Positions 1 to 8,071 of a DNA stretch of 64,000 nucleotides are shown here, one piece after another; the first letter of the stretch is position 1, and every line of letters starts with the position of its first letter. Location: positions 1,280,001-1,344,000 of the forward strand of contig OZ250172.1 in the NCBI GenBank assembly GCA_965237905.1, in the 5' to 3' direction. Below the pieces are notes generated by a model. That model searched no databases. It saw only the letters and a program-made list of their open reading frames with translations, and was not told the DNA's origin. Source of the stretch: Nitrospinaceae bacterium. GTDB lineage: Bacteria > Nitrospinota > Nitrospinia > Nitrospinales > Nitrospinaceae. Position numbers and translations under genes: made by a program.

Positions 1-233
1 TGACACCTGCTGTAACACCCTTTAAAATATTTGTTTTGAAAGAGTTTTTTCTTCCCATCACATTCCAGCGGAGGGTCGATCCGTCCCAACCACCCATTTT
101 GAGTGGAGTTGGCACGCCATCCCGCCATGGTTTTTGGTGAATTTCGCGGATCCACCGCAAGCGGGCACACTTTGAGTGGATCGGTGTTTATTTTTAAGAA
201 TCGAACGATGTGGGCCCGAAATATTAATACTCT

Positions 234-1655
234 ATGTCCTCCAAAAATGCCCTCACAAATCTGATTGAACTGACCAGTAATGTGGCGGACGCTTTTACCA
301 CCGCTCTCTACACGGTCGATCTTGAGCAGGGTACTTTAAAGTTACGTTCTCACCTGACCCTCAGCTCTCATTTAAAAACCGATGCGACGTTTGTCATTGG
401 AGAAGGTTTATTGGGCCAGGCGGCTCTGCACAGGGATACCCGCATTGACGATTTTGCGGGAGCCGACGCCTCCCATCTGGAGTGGTATTCCGAACCAGAA
501 GAGATCAAGGGTCTCATGATCATCCCCGTGATACGTCGTGAGCTGGAAGGGATTCTGGTCGTTGACTCCAAAGAAAATTACAGTTTTACTCCCAAGCTCC
601 AGAAACTGATTGGTGGTTTTGCCGATCAGATGGGTTGGTACTTGAGCCTTGAGAAGAGAACCCCCAACTGGATCGACGGCGAACCCGCCGACTTTCAGCA
701 GATGATGAAATGGTGCCGGTTTCTCAGTGATTCTCCGCACCGCAAAGCACTCAGCGAACGGTTTTTAAATATCCCGCGTTCCCTGATTCAGTGCGACGCC
801 ACCGCAGTCGTCTGGTTTGAAAGCGATGGCACCGGGCGGATCACTCACAGCAAAAACTGGGGCCAGGGCCTGAAGTCCCTGACCGTCGAGTCCGGGACTG
901 GAATCTGCGGGTCCTGCCTGGACAGTGGTCAACCCATGCTGATTCCCAACACGCTGAACCATCCGTGGATTGTCTTTTCCGAGGACGAACCTTCGGTACC
1001 CTTCGGATCGGTGATGGCCGCCCCCATCGCCAACGAAAAACGAATGCTGGGCCTGGTGGTCTGCGCCGCGCGCGCGCGCAACGGCCTGAAACAACCGGAC
1101 ATGGATCGATTAACACTCATGACCAACTTTGCCGCTTCCGCACTGGACCTTAAGAACGCTGCACCGCGATCCGAGCTTATTTTGGACCGGAGTGAACAAA
1201 CGTCACACTCTTCTCAGCATTTTTTACCCGTGCACGTGAAAGCCTTCGAAGCCGAGATCATTAAGAACGACAGCCCGGTATCGGTCATGTCCATTCGCAT
1301 TGCAAATGCAGGCACTCTTTTCAAAACAAGACGTCAGGAAAGGTCCGATCTCCTTCTGGACCAAATCGCCACATACCTGTCGGGCAAGATCGATTCTCTG
1401 AAAACGTTCATGAGACATTCTGATGAAGGATTGGTTCTAATACTCACAGGCCTCAACGAACAAGAAATCTACGAACTTGAATATTCCGTCCGGGAAGCCT
1501 TATCCCGGATTTCCTTTAACCTGGAAGGGATCAAGATGGAGCTGGAGTTCGATTACGGACTGGCTTCCTTTCCCGCTGATGGAAACGACTTAAAAGAATT
1601 GATTAAAACCTCCTGGGCCAGAACTACTCAATCCGAAGAGAGCGTCCATGGCTAA
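234..1655 (+). CDS. Tandem GAF-domain protein with C-terminal degenerate GGDEF-like domain
   Basis: Two GAF-like segments (GEGLLGQAA...LMIIPVI...GILVVDS; GTGICG...SVMAAPI...LGLVV). The C-terminus has a GGDEF-like fold (RHSDEGLVLIL in place of RYGGDEF; GLASFPADG). Confidence 0.7.
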   Translation: MSSKNALTNLIELTSNVADAFTTALYTVDLEQGTLKLRSHLTLSSHLKTDATFVIGEGLLGQAALHRDTRIDDFAGADASHLEWYSEPEEIKGLMIIPVIRRELEGILVVDSKENYSFTPKLQKLIGGFADQMGWYLSLEKRTPNWIDGEPADFQQMMKWCRFLSDSPHRKALSERFLNIPRSLIQCDATAVVWFESDGTGRITHSKNWGQGLKSLTVESGTGICGSCLDSGQPMLIPNTLNHPWIVFSEDEPSVPFGSVMAAPIANEKRMLGLVVCAARARNGLKQPDMDRLTLMTNFAASALDLKNAAPRSELILDRSEQTSHSSQHFLPVHVKAFEAEIIKNDSPVSVMSIRIANAGTLFKTRRQERSDLLLDQIATYLSGKIDSLKTFMRHSDEGLVLILTGLNEQEIYELEYSVREALSRISFNLEGIKMELEFDYGLASFPADGNDLKELIKTSWARTTQSEESVHG

Positions 1656-2688
1656 GAATTTTCTCAAAAACCTTTCCGAGTATTTCGTATCCGATGTAGC
1701 CATGGACCTGGGCACCGCCAACACGCTGGTCTATATCAAAAATCAGGGGATTGTCCTGAACGAACCTTCTGTGGTGGCGATCAGTACCAATGGCAACGGG
1801 TATGGGGATCCAGTAGCCGTGGGCTTGGAAGCCAAGCAAATGTACGGCCGGACCCACAATAAACTGAAAACTATTCGGCCTATGAAAGACGGGGTGATCG
1901 CCGACTTCGAGATCACCAATACGATGATCAAATACTTCATTCGGAAAACTCTCAAGAACTTCCGGTTCAAACCTCGGATGGTCGTGGGTATTCCCACCTG
2001 CATCACCCAGGTGGAGAAGAAGGCTGTTATCGATGCAGCCACCCTGGCAGGCGTCCGGGCAGTTTATCTGGTGGAGGAACCGATGGCTGCGGCAATCGGT
2101 GTCGGCATTCCGGTCCATAAAGCGGAAGGCAACATGGTGATTGATATCGGCGGAGGAACCACGGACGTGGCAGTCACCTCCCTGTCGGCCATCGCTTATG
2201 GCGAGTCCATACGGGTCGCCGGTGACGAGCTCGACGAATCAATTTTGCGGTACATGCGATTACAACATCATTTAAATATCGGGATTTTCGAAGCCGAGCG
2301 GGTCAAAATCCAGATCGGAAGCGCTTACCCGGTGCAACCTGCACTCACCACTGAAGTTCGCGGGTTGAATGTTAAAACCGGAGTCCCCACTTCCATCGTC
2401 ATCAACGACGAGGAAATCCGCGAAGCCATGAGAGAACCGATTTCCGCCATCATCACCGTGTTAATGCGGGCTCTGGAAAAAACCCCGCCGGAGCTTTCGG
2501 CAGACATCTACTCCAATGGCATCTACCTCACCGGCGGCGGCGCCTTGATCCGCGGCCTCGACAAGCTGATCGAAGAAACCACCAACCTCAAGACCTTCGT
2601 TCCCGACGAACCCCTGCTCAGCATCGTCAAGGGCGCGGGGATGGTCCTCGACAACTTCGATACCATGAGAAAAGTTTGCATCAACTGA
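1648..2688 (+). CDS. mreB: Rod shape-determining protein MreB/Mbl (actin-like ATPase)
   Basis: Motifs DLGTANTLVY, NEPSVVA, RPMKDGVIADFE, EEPMAAAIG, DIGGGTTD, LTGGGAL. Confidence 0.95.
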   Translation: MAKNFLKNLSEYFVSDVAMDLGTANTLVYIKNQGIVLNEPSVVAISTNGNGYGDPVAVGLEAKQMYGRTHNKLKTIRPMKDGVIADFEITNTMIKYFIRKTLKNFRFKPRMVVGIPTCITQVEKKAVIDAATLAGVRAVYLVEEPMAAAIGVGIPVHKAEGNMVIDIGGGTTDVAVTSLSAIAYGESIRVAGDELDESILRYMRLQHHLNIGIFEAERVKIQIGSAYPVQPALTTEVRGLNVKTGVPTSIVINDEEIREAMREPISAIITVLMRALEKTPPELSADIYSNGIYLTGGGALIRGLDKLIEETTNLKTFVPDEPLLSIVKGAGMVLDNFDTMRKVCIN

Positions 2689-2750
2689 TCCCCTTTGGTG
2701 TACAATGCGCCCTCTTGCAGTAGGCATTAACGGACGCACACACCGGGACC

Positions 2751-3101
2751 ATGAAACAAACCGTCGTCTCTAAAAACTCCCAAACGACTCCATGCTCCGA
2801 ATGCGGAGCTGAAATTTTCCAACTCCCCACGGTCGTTGAATTTGACCGTCAGGAGATTCACGTATTCGATCCGACGTTTTGCGCCTCTTGCCTGCTGTCA
2901 CTCTGCGAGCGGTATTCGGTGGAATGCGCCAATTGCGGAGGCAAAATTCCCCCCTATTCCCAAGTCGGCGTTCTGAAAACGGAAACCGGGGCTTCTCAGT
3001 TCGTTCACATGACCACTGTCTGCTCAACGGTGGGAAGTGCGTTTCACGGATATTGGGGAAAAGGCGCTTTGGGCAATTATGTGCAGGTGGAAGCATGCTA
3101 G
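2751..3101 (+). CDS. Small Cys/His-rich putative zinc-ribbon protein
   Basis: CSEC, CASC, CANC pairs plus further Cys/His. ATG start; overlaps the next gene by 7 nt. Confidence 0.6.
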   Translation: MKQTVVSKNSQTTPCSECGAEIFQLPTVVEFDRQEIHVFDPTFCASCLLSLCERYSVECANCGGKIPPYSQVGVLKTETGASQFVHMTTVCSTVGSAFHGYWGKGALGNYVQVEAC

Positions 3102-3394
3102 AAATCAATTTTGAAAATCACAATCGAACCCTGAAGGTGGAACCCGGAACCAACCTCCGAGAGGCGGCCATCGCGGGCAAGCTCGGCATCTATGCCCATG
3201 TTTTTAAGCTGTTGAACTGCCGGGGCCGGGGTCTGTGCGCCTCCTGCCGGGTAGAAATCGTCTCCGGCCAGGTGGCGGAGCGCAACGAGGTGGAGAACAA
3301 AAACCTGGCCCGCGCCCTGAAGAAAAATCCCAACCTGCGCCTGGGTTGCCAGATTACCGTGGAGGATAATCTGGTGGTACGCACCCACGTTTGA
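3095..3394 (+). CDS. 2Fe-2S ferredoxin (plant/adrenodoxin-type fold)
   Basis: CRGRGLCASC...RLGCQ. The real start is probably ATG 3095 (MLEINFEN), not 2879. Confidence 0.85.
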   Translation: MLEINFENHNRTLKVEPGTNLREAAIAGKLGIYAHVFKLLNCRGRGLCASCRVEIVSGQVAERNEVENKNLARALKKNPNLRLGCQITVEDNLVVRTHV

Positions 3395-3521
3395 TCCCGC
3401 TGGAATATTCAATAGACAATGAGTTACAAGAGGTTATCGTTCATTCCCAGCGGTGGGCAGACAATCTTTAGAAACCCGTTGACAAACCTGCCCTCCGCGT
3501 TTCAAAATAGACCCGAATCCA

Positions 3522-3980
3522 ATGATTTCCTTGGCTGACGACAAATTGGTGGAAGCGCGGGAACACGCTGTGGCGGAGTACCCTGACGAATGTTGCGGGA
3601 TCGTGATTGGCAAGCCGGATCATCCGGAAAACGATCAGATTTTTCGTTGCACGAATATTCAAAATCAGTTGCACGAGCAGGACCCCAAAACCTACGTACG
3701 GGACGCACGTACCGCTTACTACATCGACCCTCGGGAACTGATGAGGATCATGAAACAGGCGGAAGAGCAGGACTTGGTGATCAAACTGTTTTATCATTCG
3801 CATCCGGAGCACGACGCGTATTTTTCGGAGGAGGATAAGCGGATGGCCCTGTTCGACAACGAACCGACCTATCCGGATGCCCGTTATCTGGTCATCTCGG
3901 TGTATAATAAGGAAATTAGGGATCAGGCGTTTTTTGAATGGAGTCCTGAAACCCTGACGTTTGAAAAAGTTCATTTATAG
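3522..3980 (+). CDS. M67/JAB (Mov34/MPN) metallopeptidase, CysO-cysteine peptidase (Mec)-like
   Basis: YPDECCG and the JAMM motif YHSHPEHDAYFSEED. Confidence 0.9.
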   Translation: MISLADDKLVEAREHAVAEYPDECCGIVIGKPDHPENDQIFRCTNIQNQLHEQDPKTYVRDARTAYYIDPRELMRIMKQAEEQDLVIKLFYHSHPEHDAYFSEEDKRMALFDNEPTYPDARYLVISVYNKEIRDQAFFEWSPETLTFEKVHL

Positions 3981-4009
3981 CCCATAAAACAGGGACCCTG
4001 TTTTATTGA

Positions 4010-4270
<261 letters not shown>

Positions 4271-4299
4271 TATTTTAACAACGTATTGAGGGGCTTACT

Positions 4300-4533
4300 G
4301 TGGTGGATGAAATGAAAGAGGAAGTGGAATCGGTCCTCGAAACCCTCCGCCCACAACTCATGCAGGATGGCGGCAACGTCGAGTTGGTGGATATTGATGA
4401 CGGGATAGTCAAGTTGCGCTTGGTTGGCTCTTGCAGTTCCTGTTCCAGTTCTACCATGACCCTTAAAATGGGTATCGAACGTGCGCTGAAAAAAGCCATC
4501 CCAATGGTCCGGTGTATCGAATCAGTTGAATAG
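4300..4533 (+). CDS. NifU/NfuA C-terminal-domain Fe-S carrier
   Basis: [15 protein letters not shown]...[18 protein letters not shown]. The start could be 4300 or 4312. Confidence 0.9.
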   Translation: MVDEMKEEVESVLETLRPQLMQDGGNVELVDIDDGIVKLRLVGSCSSCSSSTMTLKMGIERALKKAIPMVRCIESVE

Positions 4534-4591
4534 CCCGGCCCATGAAATTGCAGTTTTTAATTTCATGAATCGCATTGAACCCTGAAGCCCC

Positions 4592-5194
4592 ATGCCTACC
4601 CAGCTGAATCGCACATCCATCCGAACCTCATTGGGCCCGAAAATTCTTTTTTGGATTTGGGTCATAGCTCTGATGCTGGCCGCCCCGTCCTTTGCCGGCG
4701 AAGATATTCCGGTCGACGCGCCCCAATTTTCCCTGCCATCGCTCGACGGCCGTAAATTGACGCTGAACGAGTATCAGGGAAAATATCTGCTGGTCAATTT
4801 CTGGGCCACTTGGTGCGGACCCTGTAAAATAGAAATGCCGTCACTGGAGTCGCTGTACCGGAAATTCAAAAAACGCAACCTCTCGGTGATCGCCGTTTCC
4901 AACGATATTTTCGGGGCACAGGTGGTGGAACCTTATATTCAGGCACAGAATTTTACCTTCCCCGTCGGGCTGGATCCGAAACTGAACGTCAGCAACCAGT
5001 TTGGCGTGATCAGCCTGCCCACAACATTTTTGATCGACCCCCAAGGCAAAATCATCGGCGTTTTAAATGGCGCGGAAAACTGGGTGGACCCCAAAACCCT
5101 TCTCTATTTTGATCAACTGCTCGCAACCTCCGAGAAAGCCGCGGAAACACCGTCATCCTCTCCATGCAAAAACAATCAAAAAACACCGTGCTGA
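4592..5194 (+). CDS. TlpA/ResA-family thiol-disulfide oxidoreductase
   Basis: NFWATWCGPCKIEMPSL, LPTTFLID; N-terminal signal/TM. Confidence 0.92.
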   Translation: MPTQLNRTSIRTSLGPKILFWIWVIALMLAAPSFAGEDIPVDAPQFSLPSLDGRKLTLNEYQGKYLLVNFWATWCGPCKIEMPSLESLYRKFKKRNLSVIAVSNDIFGAQVVEPYIQAQNFTFPVGLDPKLNVSNQFGVISLPTTFLIDPQGKIIGVLNGAENWVDPKTLLYFDQLLATSEKAAETPSSSPCKNNQKTPC

Positions 5195-7014
5195 AAATTT
5201 TAAGGACGCTGGTCCTGGCAGCCCTCGTTGCGTGCGGCGCCCCACTGCTCTCCTGGGCTCACGACTATCCACCGGACAGTCTACTGGAAGGGGATATGGT
5301 GTTCATTCCCGCGGGGCAGTTCGTTTTCGGAACCAACCAGACAGACAAATCCGAACTGGGCGCTTCCATGGGAATTCCCAAACCCCTGTACCAGGACGCC
5401 CACCCCGAACAGAAACCGTTTCTCAAGGGATTTTACATCGACCGGCTTGAAGTGACGAATCGCCGGTACCAGAAATTTCTGGAAAACCTCCCCACCTATC
5501 CCGAATACAAAATCATGATCGAAAAGCTCGGTTATTACGCGCCGCCCAAGGATTGGCAAAAAACCCAATTTCCCGAAGGCCTGGGCGATCACCCGGTGGT
5601 CTGGGTGACTTGGTTCGACGCCGCCAACTTTTGCCAATGGGCGGGCAAGCGCCTGCCCACCGAAAAGGAATGGGAACGGGCCGCGCGCGGCACCAAAGGA
5701 CAAGCCTACCCCTGGGGAAATGCGTTTGAACGCGGTCGTGCCAACCTTCCCAACAAAATAGGCTCCAAAGTCCCGCTGTCCAAAGTCGGCACTTTCCCCA
5801 AGGGAGCCAGTCCCGAAGGCGTAGAGGATTTGATCGGCAATGCCTGGGAATGGAACGACGGGGACTATGTTTCCTATCCCAACAACACATTCCAGTTCGA
5901 CGACTTCAACCAGGATTACAAAGTGATCCGGGGAACCTCCGTTTCCGATATCGGGCATTTCCCCGGTGAATCCTATTCCCAAGTACTGAAAGAGTTTGCG
6001 CGGGCCGGATACCGCCAGTATGCCGATCCCGATCAGGGGGCGTCGGATGTCGGGTTCCGCTGTGTCAGCAGTAACGCTCCGAAAGGGTTTCAAGAGGACC
6101 CCGCTTCACCCAATACCCAGGCGCAAAACAACCCGTCCTCACAGCCGGCCCCCAGTGGCGGTTTGTTCGGTGGATCTACGGGAACTTCGGAGTCGGCTCC
6201 CGATGCCTCACCCAAGGCTTCATTCAATCCTTTCGAACCGGAATCCACACTTCCAAAATCCGGGATACTGGTATTGTCCCTGATTTCGTTACTAGCCGGT
6301 CTGTTCAGTTTTCTATCTCCCTGCACCTTACCCATCCTCCCGGCCTACTTCGCGATTACCGCCCAGACCAGCCGGGGGCGGATGACGCTCAACTCCATCG
6401 CCTTTTTTTGCGGATTGGCATCCCTGTTTGTGATGATGGGGGCGTCTGCCAGCGTCTTCGGAAGCATTCTGCGCGATTACCTGGATTCCCTGACCTTCTG
6501 GGGCGGCATACTTATTATTATTTTCGGCGCCATGACTTTAGCCGGCAAGGGATTTTCAGGAGCTACATTCAAAAGCGCACCCGCGGCAACCCTGGCAGGA
6601 TATTTTCTGTTTGGAGCCACGTTCGCCATGGGCTGGACCCCCTGCGTAGGGCCGGTGTTGGCCGGAATTCTGCTCTTGGCGGGATCAGACAAAACCATCC
6701 TGCAGGGCATGACCCTGCTGTTCTTTTATGCCGTAGGGCTGGGATCACCCTTGATCCTGATCGCATCGGTGTGTAGTCACCTTCCAAAAGACGGCTGGTT
6801 CTGGCGGCTGTTGCGCGGCAAGGCTTGGGACATCAAAATCGGCAAGCGGTCCTTTCTTCTTCATACCACCAATCTATTCAGTGGATTATTACTGATATTT
6901 CTCGGGATCGCTCTCGCCCAGGGATATCTGACTTACTTCAACAACCTCCTTCCTATAGAGCTCCAAATCTGGTTCAGCGGGTTCGAGGAAAAAGTCATGC
7001 ACTGGTTCGATTGA
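5164..7014 (+). CDS. FGE-sulfatase (SUMF1-like) domain fused to cytochrome c biogenesis CcdA/DsbD-beta membrane domain
   Basis: FGE motifs (EVTN, HPVVWVTWFDA, RLPTEKEWERAARG, GNAWEW, GFRC), a Pro/Ser linker, then CcdA motifs SFLSPCTLPILP and GWTPCVGPVL. Confidence 0.88.
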   Translation: MQKQSKNTVLKILRTLVLAALVACGAPLLSWAHDYPPDSLLEGDMVFIPAGQFVFGTNQTDKSELGASMGIPKPLYQDAHPEQKPFLKGFYIDRLEVTNRRYQKFLENLPTYPEYKIMIEKLGYYAPPKDWQKTQFPEGLGDHPVVWVTWFDAANFCQWAGKRLPTEKEWERAARGTKGQAYPWGNAFERGRANLPNKIGSKVPLSKVGTFPKGASPEGVEDLIGNAWEWNDGDYVSYPNNTFQFDDFNQDYKVIRGTSVSDIGHFPGESYSQVLKEFARAGYRQYADPDQGASDVGFRCVSSNAPKGFQEDPASPNTQAQNNPSSQPAPSGGLFGGSTGTSESAPDASPKASFNPFEPESTLPKSGILVLSLISLLAGLFSFLSPCTLPILPAYFAITAQTSRGRMTLNSIAFFCGLASLFVMMGASASVFGSILRDYLDSLTFWGGILIIIFGAMTLAGKGFSGATFKSAPAATLAGYFLFGATFAMGWTPCVGPVLAGILLLAGSDKTILQGMTLLFFYAVGLGSPLILIASVCSHLPKDGWFWRLLRGKAWDIKIGKRSFLLHTTNLFSGLLLIFLGIALAQGYLTYFNNLLPIELQIWFSGFEEKVMHWFD

Positions 7015-7023
7015 TTTCCCCCT

Positions 7024-7053
7024 TTGCAAATCGGAATAGGTTTCTGATAGAAT
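7024..7053 (+). promoter_or_regulatory. Putative sigma70 promoter
   Basis: TTGCAA-N18-TAGAAT about 45 nt upstream of ATG 7097. Confidence 0.5.
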
Positions 7054-7096
7054 CGGGCCGCAGATCAATTGGTAATCTCAACATCAGGAACCAACT

Positions 7097-7576
7097 ATGA
7101 GCAAATGGATCGTTATCGGCTTGGCCTTGGTTATGGTTCTGGGTGCCTGCACGGGAACCCAGAGCGTAACGCACAAACGGTGGGGAAAAGACCTGAATAG
7201 GGTTTATCTGCACGATATCACGGTCAAAAACGATTCCCTGCAGGAGGCCGGGTCCCGGCTCCGCCTGGCTTTGGAGAGGCGATTGGATGACTCCCTCTTT
7301 ATTGTGGGGGAAGAACCCAAGGAAACCAAATATGAGCTGAAATACAAAATCATCCGGTTTGAAGAGGGCAATCGGTTGAAGCGGCTGGCCACTTTCGGAA
7401 TCGACGAGGGGTCCCGGGCACTGTTGAATGTCAAAATCGCTTTGATCGGGAAAGAAGGCATACTGGGAGCGTGGCAGGTGAAAACCTGGGTCAAAGGCGG
7501 CCTCGCAGGAGGATCCGAAGACACGCTCTTCTCGCAGGCGGCCGAACAAATCCTACAACATTTGAAAGGTTATTAG
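7097..7576 (+). CDS. Lipoprotein, DUF4410-like
   Basis: Lipobox VLGAC; FEEGNRLKR...G pattern. Confidence 0.6.
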   Translation: MSKWIVIGLALVMVLGACTGTQSVTHKRWGKDLNRVYLHDITVKNDSLQEAGSRLRLALERRLDDSLFIVGEEPKETKYELKYKIIRFEEGNRLKRLATFGIDEGSRALLNVKIALIGKEGILGAWQVKTWVKGGLAGGSEDTLFSQAAEQILQHLKGY

Positions 7577-7827
7577 GAATTTAAGGCCAAACGTTTTCCG
7601 GCAAAGTCCTATTCCTCCAATTTTTCCTCTAAACCCGACCCTCGGAAGACCAGCTAACCCCTTCATTGGTAAGGGAGTACCCCTTCCAAAAGCAGACACC
7701 TCTATACGGAAATTCCTTTTTGACTTTTCAGAGTTTGTGAGTCAATCTATATATCCAATGGGATGCCAGAAGCGCCAGGGGAGCTTTTGGCATTAATGCT
7801 CACCCCCTGAAGAAAGGAGGTGATCCA

Positions 7828-7872
7828 TTGTCTAACGAAAGCACAATGGGAGCTTCCGGAGATAAGGGCTAA
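7828..7872 (+). CDS. Putative 14-aa peptide MSNESTMGASGDKG
   Basis: TTG start directly after the maximal SD AGGAGGTGATCCA; stop TAA at 7870-7872. Confidence 0.4.
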   Translation: MSNESTMGASGDKG

Positions 7873-7907
7873 CCCCTTTATCGAGGAAGCTCCCTGATTA
7901 TTCGGGG

Positions 7908-7937
7908 GGGCTCCACTTTTATAGTGGAGCCCTTTTT
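7908..7937 (+). terminator. Rho-independent terminator
   Basis: GGGCTCCACT-N5-AGTGGAGCCC-TTTTT. Confidence 0.75.
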
Positions 7938-8071
7938 ATTTGGAAGACACTCTAAACCATTGAGTCCATTTTTTATAAAACAGTCCAGCGACCCCACAAA
8001 CTCCCGGATCCGGGGCTCGCCCTTGAAGGATTTTCGCCGTCACGGCGAATGAATCAAGAGATTGAAATCGA

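Larger units (their letters stand above)
7763..7937 (+). ncRNA. Structured small RNA / sORF transcript with an extended anti-anti-SD
   Basis: Hairpins 7763-7773/7783-7793, 7848-7857/7885-7894 and 7908-7917/7923-7932 followed by T5. AAGAAAGGAGGTGATCCA at 7810-7827. Confidence 0.55.

Noticed and set aside
98..180. TTTGAGTGGA direct repeat upstream of the GAF gene
   Set aside because: Only two 10-nt copies at the window edge, too little to support a call.
1648..2688. MamK / magnetosome actin
   Set aside because: Motifs are canonical MreB and there are no mam genes nearby.
2879..3094. N-terminal extension of the 2Fe-2S ferredoxin ORF
   Set aside because: It overlaps the Cys-rich gene in another frame; the ferredoxin fold starts at ATG 3095.
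7810..7827. 16S rRNA gene (minus-strand 3' end TGGATCACCTCCTTTCTT)
   Set aside because: The match is limited to 18 nt. Flanks show no helix 45 (GTAACC...GGAAGGTGCGGC) or other rRNA sequence.
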